Positions 1 to 9,945 of a stretch of 63,706 bases of DNA are shown piece by piece. Every line of letters starts with the position of its first letter. The stretch's first letter is position 1. A program made the position numbers and the translations under genes. Below the pieces are notes generated by a model. The model was not told the DNA's origin, made no database searches, and was given only the letters and a program-made list of their open reading frames with translations. Origin of the DNA: Desulfobacterota bacterium AH_259_B03_O07 (GTDB lineage: Bacteria; Desulfobacterota_D; UBA1144; Nemesobacterales; CSP1-2). The stretch lies in NCBI GenBank assembly GCA_027717645.1, contig JALLOG010000002.1, positions 1 through 63,706 on the forward strand, read 5' to 3'.

Positions 1-83
1 TTGCCCAAGTTGGTTATCTGATCAGGATAAACCAACTCATAATTAACATACAAAATGACCGATAGAATTTTTTATATTAAGAT

Positions 84-117
84 GATACCCTGCGGCTTGC
101 TGGAGGGGGCTTCAATG
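84..117 (+). repeat. short GC-rich interspersed repeat, copy 1 of 3
   Basis: GATACCCTGCGGCTTGCTGGAGGGGGCTTCAATGA. Reverse-complement relatives at 3521-3556 and 7661-7696 share the core GCGGCTTGYTGSARGG. All three copies are intergenic. Confidence 0.5.
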
Positions 118-256
118 AATGACTAATAAGCTGATTTAATTGATTATTTTACTTACAAATTTGATTAATAACAAAATAATTTTTTAAAAACTGCACAACA
201 ACATAAAAAAAGCTGTATACTTTTTATTAAAATCCAAAAACGGGAGGTTGAACACT

Positions 257-529
257 ATGAGAAAGTTCAAACTTTTTCTCGTAGTCCCTTTTGCGATTTT
301 CCTTTTCACGTCTTACGGCCTAGCCGAAGCCGCAAAAATAAACATCAATACGGCCTCGGTTGAGCAACTTGTTGAACTGCCAGGGATAGGTGAGTCAACG
401 GCTAGTAAAATAGTCGCCTATAGGGAGCAGAACGGCGGGTTCAAAACAATTGATGACCTTTTGAACGTGAAAGGTATCGGCGAAAGGAAATACGAAAAGA
501 TGAAAAGTTTAATTACCGTAAGTAATTAA
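257..529 (+). CDS. comEA: ComEA-family helix-hairpin-helix DNA-binding protein
   Basis: ORF 248..529. Hydrophobic N-terminus followed by tandem HhH motifs (LVELPGIGESTASKIV, LLNVKGIGERKYEKM). GGGAGG at 242-247 favours ATG 257 over TTG 248. Confidence 0.8.
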   Translation: MRKFKLFLVVPFAIFLFTSYGLAEAAKININTASVEQLVELPGIGESTASKIVAYREQNGGFKTIDDLLNVKGIGERKYEKMKSLITVSN

Positions 530-625
530 ACAATCACATGCCCTAACATAAAATGAAAATTTTAGATTAGATAGGCAAAAAGGGATTTTACTAAATTCCT
601 TGAAAAAAACTTAACAATATGTGTT

Positions 626-660
626 TATTCTGTTGGGCGTTTAATCGCTCAACAGAATAA
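626..660 (+). terminator. perfect 11-bp stem hairpin downstream of comEA (possible terminator)
   Basis: TTATTCTGTTG (626-636) pairs with CAACAGAATAA (650-660). No clear T-run follows, so terminator function is tentative. Confidence 0.35.
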
Positions 661-820
661 ACCAATTTATATCCGTCCTGATTTTCCTACCCTATATATT
701 TCAAACACTTCTAAAATGTTATAATAGATACTAAATGTCAAATAATTTAGTTAAATCCGGTTAATAAGTGATGTTGAAATTTATTTGTTACAATGAAACC
801 TCCCGCAAAGGAGAAGCAAA

Positions 821-1285
821 TTGAAAAAGCTAAAATCGATACTTTCAAAAACTCCAATTTTTAAAGGACTAAATAATAGGTTTTTAAAGATAATTCTGGA
901 TTGTGCTTCAGAGGTTCGGTTCGAGCCTGAAGAGTTGATTTTTCGCGAGGGAGAGTCGGCCAATAATTTTTACATCATCTTGCAAGGCAATGTGTCTATT
1001 GAAGCATTAATGGCACCTGAACGTGAACCTATCATCATTCAGAACCTTGGTGAAAACGAGGTGGTTGGCTGGTCCTGGCTATTTCCACCTCACCGATGGC
1101 ACTTCGACGCTCGCGCAACCGAACCAACTCAAGCCATTTCAATTGATGGAAAACTTTTAAGGGAAAAATGCGAGGAAGATCACGATTTAGGCTTCGAACT
1201 CATGAAGCGTTTTGCCAACATAATCGAACAGAGACTTCGATCAGTAAGGTTACAAAACCCTGACATGTATGCAGTACACGCTTAA
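821..1285 (+). CDS. cyclic nucleotide-binding domain protein
   Basis: cNMP-binding beta-barrel-like sequence (FREGESANNFYIILQGNVSIE, GENEVVGWSWL). AAGGAG lies 6 nt upstream of TTG 821. Confidence 0.7.
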   Translation: MKKLKSILSKTPIFKGLNNRFLKIILDCASEVRFEPEELIFREGESANNFYIILQGNVSIEALMAPEREPIIIQNLGENEVVGWSWLFPPHRWHFDARATEPTQAISIDGKLLREKCEEDHDLGFELMKRFANIIEQRLRSVRLQNPDMYAVHA

Positions 1286-1309
1286 TGTGATCAAAACAAT
1301 TTTAAGATA

Positions 1310-1741
1310 TTACTTGCTAGCTAAATTCCTATCTTGTTCTATATCCTCAATGAGTTTCTTCCTTCGCCATTCTTTTATAGCCAATTTTACTGTTGTAATT
1401 CCTAGTGTTGTGCAGCGTGGACGAGTCATTGCTAGGTCTTTACCGATAATATCTGTGATTAAATCGGAGGTCATATTCTCTACTTCTTCAATAGTTTTAC
1501 CTTCAACAAGTTCTGTTATTATTGAAGTTGCAGCTTGACTTATAATGCATCCTTCACCCTCAAATGATATCTCCTCTATCCTCCTATCATCATCCAATTT
1601 TAGAAAAAGTGTTATGATATCCCCACAGCCTGGATTACCCCCCTTTAGAACGACATCCGCATCATCATTAGATCCATAGTTTCTGGGATTTTCGTAATGA
1701 TCTAATAAAAATTGCATGAGCTCTTGCCTATCCATTACCAT
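1310..1741 (-). CDS. sufU: SUF-type Fe-S cluster assembly scaffold, SufU/NifU-like
   Basis: Conserved Cys ligand motifs GNPGCGD and GEGCIISQA, plus C-terminal PRCTTLG. Confidence 0.8.
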   Translation of the reverse strand: MVMDRQELMQFLLDHYENPRNYGSNDDADVVLKGGNPGCGDIITLFLKLDDDRRIEEISFEGEGCIISQAATSIITELVEGKTIEEVENMTSDLITDIIGKDLAMTRPRCTTLGITTVKLAIKEWRRKKLIEDIEQDRNLASK

Positions 1742-1769
1742 TTTACTAAATATACCCTAGAAAGAATCT

Positions 1770-1809
1770 AAATAAAAAAGATGCACCCAAACGTAGTCAG
1801 GGTGCATCT
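1770..1809 (-). terminator. rho-independent terminator after the rhodanese gene
   Basis: On the minus strand AGATGCACCC-loop-GGGTGCATCT forms a 10-bp stem (1779-1809), followed directly by TTTTTTATT. Confidence 0.65.
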
Positions 1810-1837
1810 ATAGATTTTTACAATTAAGAGATTTAAT

Positions 1838-2683
1838 TTACGGCTTTTCAATAGGTACTCTTACGAGGTTCCCCCACTCTGTCCAGGAACCGTCGTAATT
1901 CCTAACATTGTTAAAACCGAGAAGATAGGTCAAGACAAACCATGTATGGGAAGATCTCTCACCAATCCTGCAATAAGCGATTATGTCATCGCCAGAATTC
2001 AATCCATGTTCGTCTTGATAGATTGCCTTTAGTTCATCTGCAGACTTAAATGTCCCATCTTCATTTGCTGCTCGTGCCCAAGGTACGCTCTTCGCACCAG
2101 GCACGTGTCCTCCCCTCAATGCCCCTTCCTGAGGATAAGCCTCCATATGAAGCAATTCACCAGTATACTCCTTGGGAGAACGTACATCAATCAAAGGATT
2201 CCCAGAGCCACTGTGTTTCATCACGTCATCACGAAATGCCCTGATAGATTCGTTAGAGCTTGTAACCTTATAATCGGTTTTGGGATAACTGGGAACATCC
2301 TTTGATAACTCACGCTGTTCTTCGATCCACTTCTGCCTGCCTCCATTCATTATCAAGCATTTATCATGCCCCATAATGCTAAATGTCCAAAAAGCATAAC
2401 ATGCCCACCAATTACTTTTATCTCCATAAAAGACTATTGATGTGTCATTTGCAATTCCTTTATCAGACATCAACTTCTCAAAATTCTCCTTATTTACATA
2501 GTCTCTTATCAACTGATCCTGAAGCTCGGTTTGCCAGTCTACTTTGATGGCACCGGGAATATGTCCAACATCATAGAGTAGCACGTCCTCATCAGACTCA
2601 ACTATTTTTACATTTGGATCATTCAAGTGATCTTGCACCCATTCAGTACTTACTAAGACCTCCGGATGTACATAATCGGACAT
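1838..2683 (-). CDS. sseA: thiosulfate/3-mercaptopyruvate sulfurtransferase (tandem rhodanese domains)
   Basis: Two rhodanese domains with the active-site loop CRIGERSSH in the C-terminal domain. Confidence 0.85.
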   Translation of the reverse strand: MSDYVHPEVLVSTEWVQDHLNDPNVKIVESDEDVLLYDVGHIPGAIKVDWQTELQDQLIRDYVNKENFEKLMSDKGIANDTSIVFYGDKSNWWACYAFWTFSIMGHDKCLIMNGGRQKWIEEQRELSKDVPSYPKTDYKVTSSNESIRAFRDDVMKHSGSGNPLIDVRSPKEYTGELLHMEAYPQEGALRGGHVPGAKSVPWARAANEDGTFKSADELKAIYQDEHGLNSGDDIIAYCRIGERSSHTWFVLTYLLGFNNVRNYDGSWTEWGNLVRVPIEKP

Positions 2684-3014
2684 AACAACTCCTCCTATTA
2701 ACTTTTATTTTTATTAAGATTCTAAATACGCACCAAAGGATTCACCATCTAAAATTATAGTCTAATATCGCGTTAGGGCAAGAACCAGGAAAATACTTTT
2801 GACTTTATTTCCCAATTCCCCAATAATAGTTTCGAATAAAAAATTATTTCCTTCTGTAGAATCAGACTATTTCCACTTAAATAACAATTGCATACCTCCT
2901 ATGGAAATCCAATACTCAAATATTAATTGATATTTTGTTAAAATTTATGCTATTATAATTTATAATGCTCTAAGCAAGCTAAAGATTAGTTAGTTTGCGA
3001 TGAGGAGGGCATCC

Positions 3015-3482
3015 ATGTTAAAAGATCTTAAAGTCAGAGACTTAATTGGTGAAAGGGATAGAGTTTATTTTGTGGATGCTGAAGATAGCGTTGATGTGGC
3101 GGCACTTAAGTTAAAAAACTTTAAGGTACGCACTATTGGTGTAAGACGAAAGGGAGAAATTGCCGGAGTCGTAGGACAAAGCGATTTTTCGACCAAGGTT
3201 GTTGCCATGAGCAAGAATCCATGTGAAATAAAAGTCGAACATATAATGACTACCAAATTGCGAGCGGTAGGGCTGGATTCCTCATTTTATGAATGCCTAG
3301 AATTAATGGATACTAACAACATCTCCCATCTGATCATATTGGACGCAGAAGGTAAATATTACGGTATGCTGTCGTGGAAAGACCTCAAAGAAAGATTAAT
3401 TAAGGAATTAAAATACCAGCTTGAACTCACTCAGGAATATGCATTCGGACCGAATGTTAAGGATATTGATTACACTACCTAA
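3015..3482 (+). CDS. CBS domain pair protein
   Basis: Two CBS-like repeats (VRTIGVRRKGEIAGVVGQSDF, ISHLIILDAEGKYYGMLSWKDL). ORF opens at 3000, but AGGAGG at 3002-3007 favours ATG 3015. Confidence 0.7.
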   Translation: MLKDLKVRDLIGERDRVYFVDAEDSVDVAALKLKNFKVRTIGVRRKGEIAGVVGQSDFSTKVVAMSKNPCEIKVEHIMTTKLRAVGLDSSFYECLELMDTNNISHLIILDAEGKYYGMLSWKDLKERLIKELKYQLELTQEYAFGPNVKDIDYTT

Positions 3483-3520
3483 AATAGGCCATCAAAACCA
3501 GAATCAACCTTTAGAGAAAT

Positions 3521-3556
3521 GGAGCTCCTTGCAACAAGCCGCGGGGAAGTATCAAG
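3521..3556 (-). repeat. short GC-rich interspersed repeat, copy 2 of 3
   Basis: The reverse complement GATACTTCCCCGCGGCTTGTTGCAAGGAGCTCC matches the copy at 84-117. Confidence 0.5.
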
Positions 3557-3710
3557 TTATAATCAAGCTTTTGAGCTATAGAGTATTCTCTTAACGTCCA
3601 TAATCCACAAATAACATAAATATATTCAATTTTAAATCCCTTTCATTCCGGTATTATGTTACTAAAATCTAATAACAACTAGTTAGTAGAAATCCTCTTT
3701 GAAATGAACA

Positions 3711-3998
3711 ATGAGACACAGGAAGCAAAAAATAAAACGTCAACATAGCATGATAAAGGGTTTGGGAAGATTCCTTGAGGAGAAAATCTCAACACTTAAC
3801 TTCGTCGACGGGATATTGCCTGGTGAGATAAAAGTTGGCAACTCCACCGGCGAACAACTGATCGTTAAATTTAAATATAATACCCTGAGCGGGGCTAAAC
3901 TGATTGCAAGAAGTGGTTCTTCAATTCAAGAGGTTTTTGTCGTTACGAGATTTCCTGAAAAGCTTCAAGAACGATTGGGGGAATTGGATACTAAGTAG
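3711..3998 (+). CDS. hypothetical protein (95 aa, basic N-terminus)
   Basis: Intact ORF convergent with dnaE. No motif recognised. Confidence 0.4.
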   Translation: MRHRKQKIKRQHSMIKGLGRFLEEKISTLNFVDGILPGEIKVGNSTGEQLIVKFKYNTLSGAKLIARSGSSIQEVFVVTRFPEKLQERLGELDTK

Positions 3999-4003
3999 CT
4001 ATA

Positions 4004-7000
4004 TTATCCAAATAACAAAACACCTTTTCCAAAATGGCTCTCTAGATCATCTATTAACTTATCCTGAATATCAACTCTGAAATCACCTAATTCAATGACA
4101 GCCTCTCCTATATTTGAAATTATACGTAGATGTACTGGAGAATTTCCAGGGTAGTCTTTCAATATATCCTTTAACTTAAGGAGGCCTTCTCTAGTCATTG
4201 CATCATTGATTCTCATCTGTACTCTCGTTCCGTTTCTCAGTTCTCTTATTGAGAATATATTAGTAGCTCTGAGCCGAACTCTCTCTTCATTAGTTTCTAA
4301 TGTACCCTTGATTATCACTGGTTCAACTTTATCCTCTAAAACAGGTAGAGATCTTCTTAATAAATCGTTGAATATTACTACCTCCACTGACCCCTTCATA
4401 TCTTCCAGAACAAGATTCCCAAATATTCCGGATCCATTTTTTGTGTGTCTAACTTTTAACGAGCGAACAACACCAGCAACAGTTACTTCACGTCGATCCT
4501 TGATTTCACGAATCAGTTCAGTGTCAGTACCTGAGGTGTATTCCTCTATCTCAGATATATACTTGGCCATTGGATGAGTTGTTACATAGAATCCCAGAAC
4601 TTCCATTTCATTGCTTAGCATTTCTTTTTCAGACCACTCTTCAATATCAGGAAAGCTCGGGAGTGAAATCGAATCGCTCATTGTAAATAGTGTGTTTTGT
4701 CCTTCGATTGAGCTTTTTTGCTTCATGGATGTATAAGTGATGAGGCTTTCGATAGAATCAATTAGCTGTGCTCTATTAATTCCCAATGAATCAAATGCTC
4801 CGCTCTTTGTAAGACTCTCAAGCGTTCTCTTATTTATCTTTCTTGCATTAACCATTTCACAAAAATCAAAAATAGAACTGAATTTGCCACCTTCATGCCT
4901 TGAATTAATTATAGCTTCCACAGTAGCTTGACCAACATTTTTAATCGCCGATAAGCCAAACCTTATTTTTCCATTCTGTGCGGTAAATCCAGATACACTT
5001 TCGTTTACATCCGGTGGAAGAACTTCGATCCCCATTTCTCTGCACTCAGCAATGCTTGATATAACTTTGTCAGTATTTCCAGTCTCAGAAGAAAGTAATG
5101 CAGCCATAAATTCAGCACGAAAGTGAGTCTTAAGATAAGCGGTTTGATACGTAATTAATGCATAAGCAGTACTATGGCTTTTGTTGAAGGAATATTCCGC
5201 GAATTTTTCCAGTGTATCAAAAATTTCTTTCGCTTTCTTATTGCTTATTCCCTTTTTCTTGGCCCCATCTAGGAACCTCTGCCTCTGAGCCTTGAATTCA
5301 GCTGACTTCTTTTTACCCATAGCGCGTCTAAGAAGATCAGCCTCTCCAAGGCTGTAACCCGCTACCAAGCTAGCTGTATTCATTATCTGCTCTTGGTAAA
5401 CAAAAAGGCCATAAGTATCTTTTAAAATATCTTCAAGCTCAGGAAGGGGATAATCAATCTTTTTTTCTCCATGTTTTCGCTTAATGAACTCATCCACCAT
5501 ACCACTGTCAAGTGGTCCTGGGCGGTAAAGTGCGAGAATGGCAATAATGTCTGCAAAATTCGAAGGCTCTAGTCTAAGAAGTAGGTCCCTCATTCCAGTA
5601 GATTCAATCTGAAATACTCCCCTCGTAAAATTCTTTGATAGAAATCTATAAACCTCGGGATCGTCCAGCGGTATTTTCCCTTTATCAAACACAAATCCTT
5701 CTTCTGTTTTATGATTTTCCTCAATCAATTTAATAGCCTTATCAATTACTGTAAGAGTCTTTAAACCCAGGAAATCAAATTTTACAAATCCCAAGTCTTC
5801 AATAGAATTCATATCATATTGAGTTACCACTTCATTCTTGGAACCCTTATAAAGCGGGATATAATCCGCTAGTGGCTCGCTAGAGATCACAACACCTGCT
5901 GCGTGAGTTGATGAATGCCTCACCATGTTTTCTAGAGGACGGGCAAGCTCAACCAGCTCCCCAAGATCAGGTGACTGCTGTATCAGTTCTCTAATTTGCG
6001 AAACTTGAGAAATCGAATCATCAATGCTAAATACCTTACCCCTGAAAGAAGGGATAAGTTTTGTAAATCTATCTACTTCGGCATAGGGAATACCAAGCAC
6101 CCTACCCACATCTTTAACAACTGCTTTTGCCGACATTGTCCCAAAAGTCCCAATTTGAGCTACTTTATCAGATCCGTATTTTTCCGTTACATACCTAATG
6201 ACTTCATCTCTCCTCTCTCCACAAAAATCTACATCGATATCCGGCATGCTTATTCTTTCCGGATTGAGAAATCTTTCAAAAATAAGATTGTATGGTATAG
6301 GATCGATTTCAGTAATGTCGAGAGCATAAGCCACTAAACTACCCGCGGCACTTCCCCTACCCGGTCCAACAGGAATGCCACTTGATTTAGCAAAGTTAAT
6401 AAAATCTGACACGACCAATATATATCCGGAAAATCCCATATCCATTAAAGTTTTAATTTCATTCCGAAGACGGTCCTTATAAACATCTATCAACTCAGGA
6501 GGTGTCCTTTGTTCCTTTAATTTTTCATCGAGTCTGTTCCTTGATAGCTCTGCCAAATATTCATCATGTGATCTACCATCTTCTAACTGAAAGACAGGCA
6601 ATTTATACCCCTTAGTTTCAAATTCAAAATTACACCTGTCCGCAACCTCCAAAGTTCTCTCAATCTCTTGTTCAAAACCATGAAGTGACGAAAGCATCTC
6701 TTCGGGAGATTTTAGAAAGTACTCGTCCCCCTTAAACTTGAATCTTTTTTCATCTTCTAATGCCGTCCCAGTTTGTATACAGAGAAGAACATCGTGTGGT
6801 TTCGAATCAGAGCGTCGTAAAAAATGACAGTCATTAGTAGCAACTAAAGGTATGCTAAGTTTTTCACCAATTTGCTTGATCCTCTGATTTGCATGATCTT
6901 GCTCCGGAAGTCCATTTGCCTGAACCTCTAAGTAATATCGATCGCCGAACATCTCTTTATATCTAGCAGCAATCTTTAAAGCCTCGTTAAGATCCTTGCC

Positions 7001-7441
7001 AAGAATGCTCTTACATAGCTCACCATTTAAGCACCCGCTGAGAGCAATTAGCCCCTCACTATGATTTTCTAAAATTTCGTGGTCTATTCTTGGTTTTCTG
7101 TAAAATCCCTCGAAATATGCTCGGGTAACCAGGTTGGACAAATTCTTATACCCCTCCCGATTAGTGGAGAGTAGAATTAGGTGATAGTTTTTTCCCCGTG
7201 TTGAATCTTCAGTTTTTAATTTTGGAGTAATGTATACTTCGCAGCCTATTATAGGCTTTATTCCTTGTTCCTTAGCCTTTTTGAAAAATTCGAACGCGCC
7301 AAATAGATTTCCGTGATCGGTAAGCGCTACAGAATCCATCCCAAAATTTCTTACTTGAGAAAAGAGCTCTTCAAACTTTATCGCACCATCTAGGAGTGAA
7401 TATTGTGAATGGAGATGGAGGTGAACGAAACTTTGTGCCAT
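4004..7441 (-). CDS. dnaE: DNA polymerase III alpha subunit
   Basis: 1145 aa with N-terminal PHP domain (FVHLHLHSQYSLLDGA), pol III alpha core and C-terminal OB-fold region. Confidence 0.97.
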   Translation of the reverse strand: MAQSFVHLHLHSQYSLLDGAIKFEELFSQVRNFGMDSVALTDHGNLFGAFEFFKKAKEQGIKPIIGCEVYITPKLKTEDSTRGKNYHLILLSTNREGYKNLSNLVTRAYFEGFYRKPRIDHEILENHSEGLIALSGCLNGELCKSILGKDLNEALKIAARYKEMFGDRYYLEVQANGLPEQDHANQRIKQIGEKLSIPLVATNDCHFLRRSDSKPHDVLLCIQTGTALEDEKRFKFKGDEYFLKSPEEMLSSLHGFEQEIERTLEVADRCNFEFETKGYKLPVFQLEDGRSHDEYLAELSRNRLDEKLKEQRTPPELIDVYKDRLRNEIKTLMDMGFSGYILVVSDFINFAKSSGIPVGPGRGSAAGSLVAYALDITEIDPIPYNLIFERFLNPERISMPDIDVDFCGERRDEVIRYVTEKYGSDKVAQIGTFGTMSAKAVVKDVGRVLGIPYAEVDRFTKLIPSFRGKVFSIDDSISQVSQIRELIQQSPDLGELVELARPLENMVRHSSTHAAGVVISSEPLADYIPLYKGSKNEVVTQYDMNSIEDLGFVKFDFLGLKTLTVIDKAIKLIEENHKTEEGFVFDKGKIPLDDPEVYRFLSKNFTRGVFQIESTGMRDLLLRLEPSNFADIIAILALYRPGPLDSGMVDEFIKRKHGEKKIDYPLPELEDILKDTYGLFVYQEQIMNTASLVAGYSLGEADLLRRAMGKKKSAEFKAQRQRFLDGAKKKGISNKKAKEIFDTLEKFAEYSFNKSHSTAYALITYQTAYLKTHFRAEFMAALLSSETGNTDKVISSIAECREMGIEVLPPDVNESVSGFTAQNGKIRFGLSAIKNVGQATVEAIINSRHEGGKFSSIFDFCEMVNARKINKRTLESLTKSGAFDSLGINRAQLIDSIESLITYTSMKQKSSIEGQNTLFTMSDSISLPSFPDIEEWSEKEMLSNEMEVLGFYVTTHPMAKYISEIEEYTSGTDTELIREIKDRREVTVAGVVRSLKVRHTKNGSGIFGNLVLEDMKGSVEVVIFNDLLRRSLPVLEDKVEPVIIKGTLETNEERVRLRATNIFSIRELRNGTRVQMRINDAMTREGLLKLKDILKDYPGNSPVHLRIISNIGEAVIELGDFRVDIQDKLIDDLESHFGKGVLLFG

Positions 7442-7660
7442 TTATAAACTATTATATATCAGAAAATTTTATCTCTCCAAGTTTTAATAAAAAATTAAAT
7501 AAACCCAGAGGCTTACGAGCTTGTAAAAACCTTGCAATCACTCTGATTTAACTTAAAATTGGGGAGACGTACATGCTTCGGTTTTTTATATGATCTTATC
7601 AAAATTATTCTAGATACTCACAAAGGATCGCTAGATACTATGATAAAGTGATTGGTTGGA

Positions 7661-7696
7661 ATGAAACTCCCTGGAGCAAGCTGCAAGGCATCTTCA
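7661..7696 (-). repeat. short GC-rich interspersed repeat, copy 3 of 3
   Basis: The reverse complement GAAGATGCCTTGCAGCTTGCTCCAGGGAGTTTCAT matches the copy at 84-117. Confidence 0.5.
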
Positions 7697-7830
7697 AATT
7701 AAAATAAAGTCTTTATAGTCATTTGGAATGAAACGACGAAGCAATACAGGCATAGAGATTGCTTTACTCCGATAGCACTTGTAAATGTCACGTAAGTCTT
7801 GGACCGAATTTGTAAATTTTAAATTATTTA

Positions 7831-7995
7831 CTTTGTCTTGATACAAAGTAACAAAAATCAAGTGCTGTCAAAAAATTAGGATTTATTAAATCAATTCCTA
7901 CAGCTAAAAATATTTAATTCAGCCCCAACCCTAAATCTTTTTTTAACGCTTTCGGAATTGATTTTGGCAATTTTTTGAATGCCCGTTTAAACCAT
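7831..7995 (-). repeat. about 200-bp interspersed repeat family, copy R1 (inverted relative to R2/R3)
   Basis: The reverse complement is near-identical over more than 120 bp to 52312-52436 (GGCATTCAAAAAATTGCCAAAATCAATTCCGAAAGCGTTAAAAAAAGATTTAGGGTTGGGGCTGAATTAAA...). It also shares TGTATCAAGACAAAG. Confidence 0.75.
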
Positions 7996-8154
7996 TTTTC
8001 GGGTAAAAGATTAAGAGATAAGATACATTGAAAGTCTAAATAATCGTCTTTGAATTATGTAACATTCTATAGCAATAACAGGGAATTCGCTAGTTAAACT
8101 TTCCCTTGTGAATCTCGGCAATCTTAATCACAAAAATGAGAATGGAGTAATAAG

Positions 8155-8400
8155 ATGGTCACACAAAGGATGATACAAAAAACAGACCTTCATGCCCTGA
8201 TGCCTCTTTAATTTAGTCATATTTATAGCTTTTATCGGGTATTCGATGACTGTGACTCTTTTCGTCCCAATGCTTTTGCATCATCACTGATTTCTTTCTC
8301 CCAGAGTTTCAAAGTCCACGAGAACAATAGTAGTAGGCGTATTGGCAGATTGGTACTGATAAATTTCAATCAGCCAAAGGATTCTTAAGTTCATAATATA
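8155..8400 (+). pseudogene. possible remnant of an MFS transporter N-terminus
   Basis: Short frame-shifted pieces read LVIFIAFIGYSMTVTLFVPMLL and VVGVLADWY, resembling MFS TM1 and the loop 2-3 region. Broken by several stops. Confidence 0.3.
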
Positions 8401-8487
8401 TATGAAGTTTTGCCCTGCAATCTGTTAATTGAAAAATCTCACTACAGAAAACTGGTATTATAATGTTTAAAAATATTACTCGACGTT

Positions 8488-9888
8488 ATGGAGAACAAAA
8501 TAATGGAAGAGATAACCAGCTTGCTAGATAATTTTAATTATGTTGTTCAAGACATTTTCTGGGTAGCAATTTTGTTCGCAGGTATTGCCATAATTTCTCT
8601 TATTTTGGTGTACTTTTTCGAAGAAAAGGTTGAGACAGAAATACAGGAAGCCGATCTAGATAAGCCCCCGGTTGACGAGGGTTTATCATTCAAATCATCG
8701 GTCGAACCTACGAGTGAAATTTCTGATAAAGCTACGATCGAAGATCCTACTCCAGATGTGAATATAGCTTTTAGTGAAGAGGTTAGTGTAGAAGACAAAG
8801 TTGAGCAAATTCATGAAGAAACTATAGCTGCTAAAGAGAAACTAGAAATCCTAGAAGAGTCAAGTGTACCTTCTACCGAACCCGAGATCGAACAAGTTGC
8901 GAAGGCTGAAGTCATGGGTGAAGTCGATGAGATAGCGGACAGAGTCGAAGAAACAGAGGAAGGTTTATTCTCTAGGCTTCGATTGGGACTCTCAAAAACC
9001 CAAGTAGGTCTATTTGGAAAACTAGATCATATACTTTCGAGAAAAGAGATTGATGAGAACCTATGGGATGACTTTGAAGAAACGTTGATTCTGGCCGACA
9101 TAGGAGTTGGAACTACTCTCAAGCTAAGAAAGGAAATTCAAGAAGAAATCTCAAAACAATCTCTTAAGGATCCTAAAGCAATAAAATCTGCATTAAGAGA
9201 AGAATGTATACTGATTCTTAAGGAAGCAGAAGGAAAACCTATAAAAATTGAAGCAAAACCATTTGTAATAATGATTGCAGGAGTAAATGGTGCAGGCAAA
9301 ACAACCACAATTGGAAAAATTGCTTACAAATTTAGAAATGATGGTAAAAGTGTTATGGTAGCTGCCGCAGATACTTTTAGAGCCGCTGCCGTCGAACAGC
9401 TAGAGATTTGGGCAAAACGTGTTGGCAGTGAATTCTTGAAGGCCCAACATGGTGCTGATCCAGGTGCAGTTGCTTTTGATGCACTGAAAGCTACTATGGC
9501 AAGGGGAACGGACATCCTGATCATTGACACAGCGGGGAGGCTCCACACAAAATCTAATCTTATGGATGAACTTAAGAAGATAAATAGAGTAATTGGTCGT
9601 GAATTGGAGGGTGCTCCTCATGAAACGCTGCTCGTTTTAGATGCTACAACGGGGCAAAACGCAATTCAACAAGCTAAAATGTTTAATGAGGTAATAGAAA
9701 TCTCTGGTATTATACTTACCAAGCTTGACGGCACCGCAAAAGGTGGAGTAATTTTGGCTATTGCTGATGAGTTAAATATACCCGTAAAATATATCGGAAT
9801 CGGAGAAAGTTTAGGAGACCTAAGAGAATTTAATGCTGAAGAATTTGTAGATGCTCTATTCATGACCCGAGAGGAAACTATTCATTAA
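8488..9888 (+). CDS. ftsY: signal recognition particle receptor FtsY
   Basis: N-terminal TM helix plus an acidic domain. NG domain motifs GVNGAGKTTTIGK, DTAGRL and TKLDGTAKGG. Confidence 0.95.
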   Translation: MENKIMEEITSLLDNFNYVVQDIFWVAILFAGIAIISLILVYFFEEKVETEIQEADLDKPPVDEGLSFKSSVEPTSEISDKATIEDPTPDVNIAFSEEVSVEDKVEQIHEETIAAKEKLEILEESSVPSTEPEIEQVAKAEVMGEVDEIADRVEETEEGLFSRLRLGLSKTQVGLFGKLDHILSRKEIDENLWDDFEETLILADIGVGTTLKLRKEIQEEISKQSLKDPKAIKSALREECILILKEAEGKPIKIEAKPFVIMIAGVNGAGKTTTIGKIAYKFRNDGKSVMVAAADTFRAAAVEQLEIWAKRVGSEFLKAQHGADPGAVAFDALKATMARGTDILIIDTAGRLHTKSNLMDELKKINRVIGRELEGAPHETLLVLDATTGQNAIQQAKMFNEVIEISGIILTKLDGTAKGGVILAIADELNIPVKYIGIGESLGDLREFNAEEFVDALFMTREETIH

Positions 9889-9945
9889 TACCTCTAACAT
9901 CGCAGCATTCACTTTTTTACCTTAAATGGCTTTTGAATCAACGAT

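Noticed and set aside
1269-1538. Plus-strand 89-aa ORF antisense to sufU, and similar antisense ORFs inside dnaE, ftsY, ftsA, murG, murF, recJ, trkA and others
   Set aside because: They are fully embedded in well-supported genes on the opposite strand, have low-complexity Ser/Ile/Leu-rich translations, and lack RBS or motifs.
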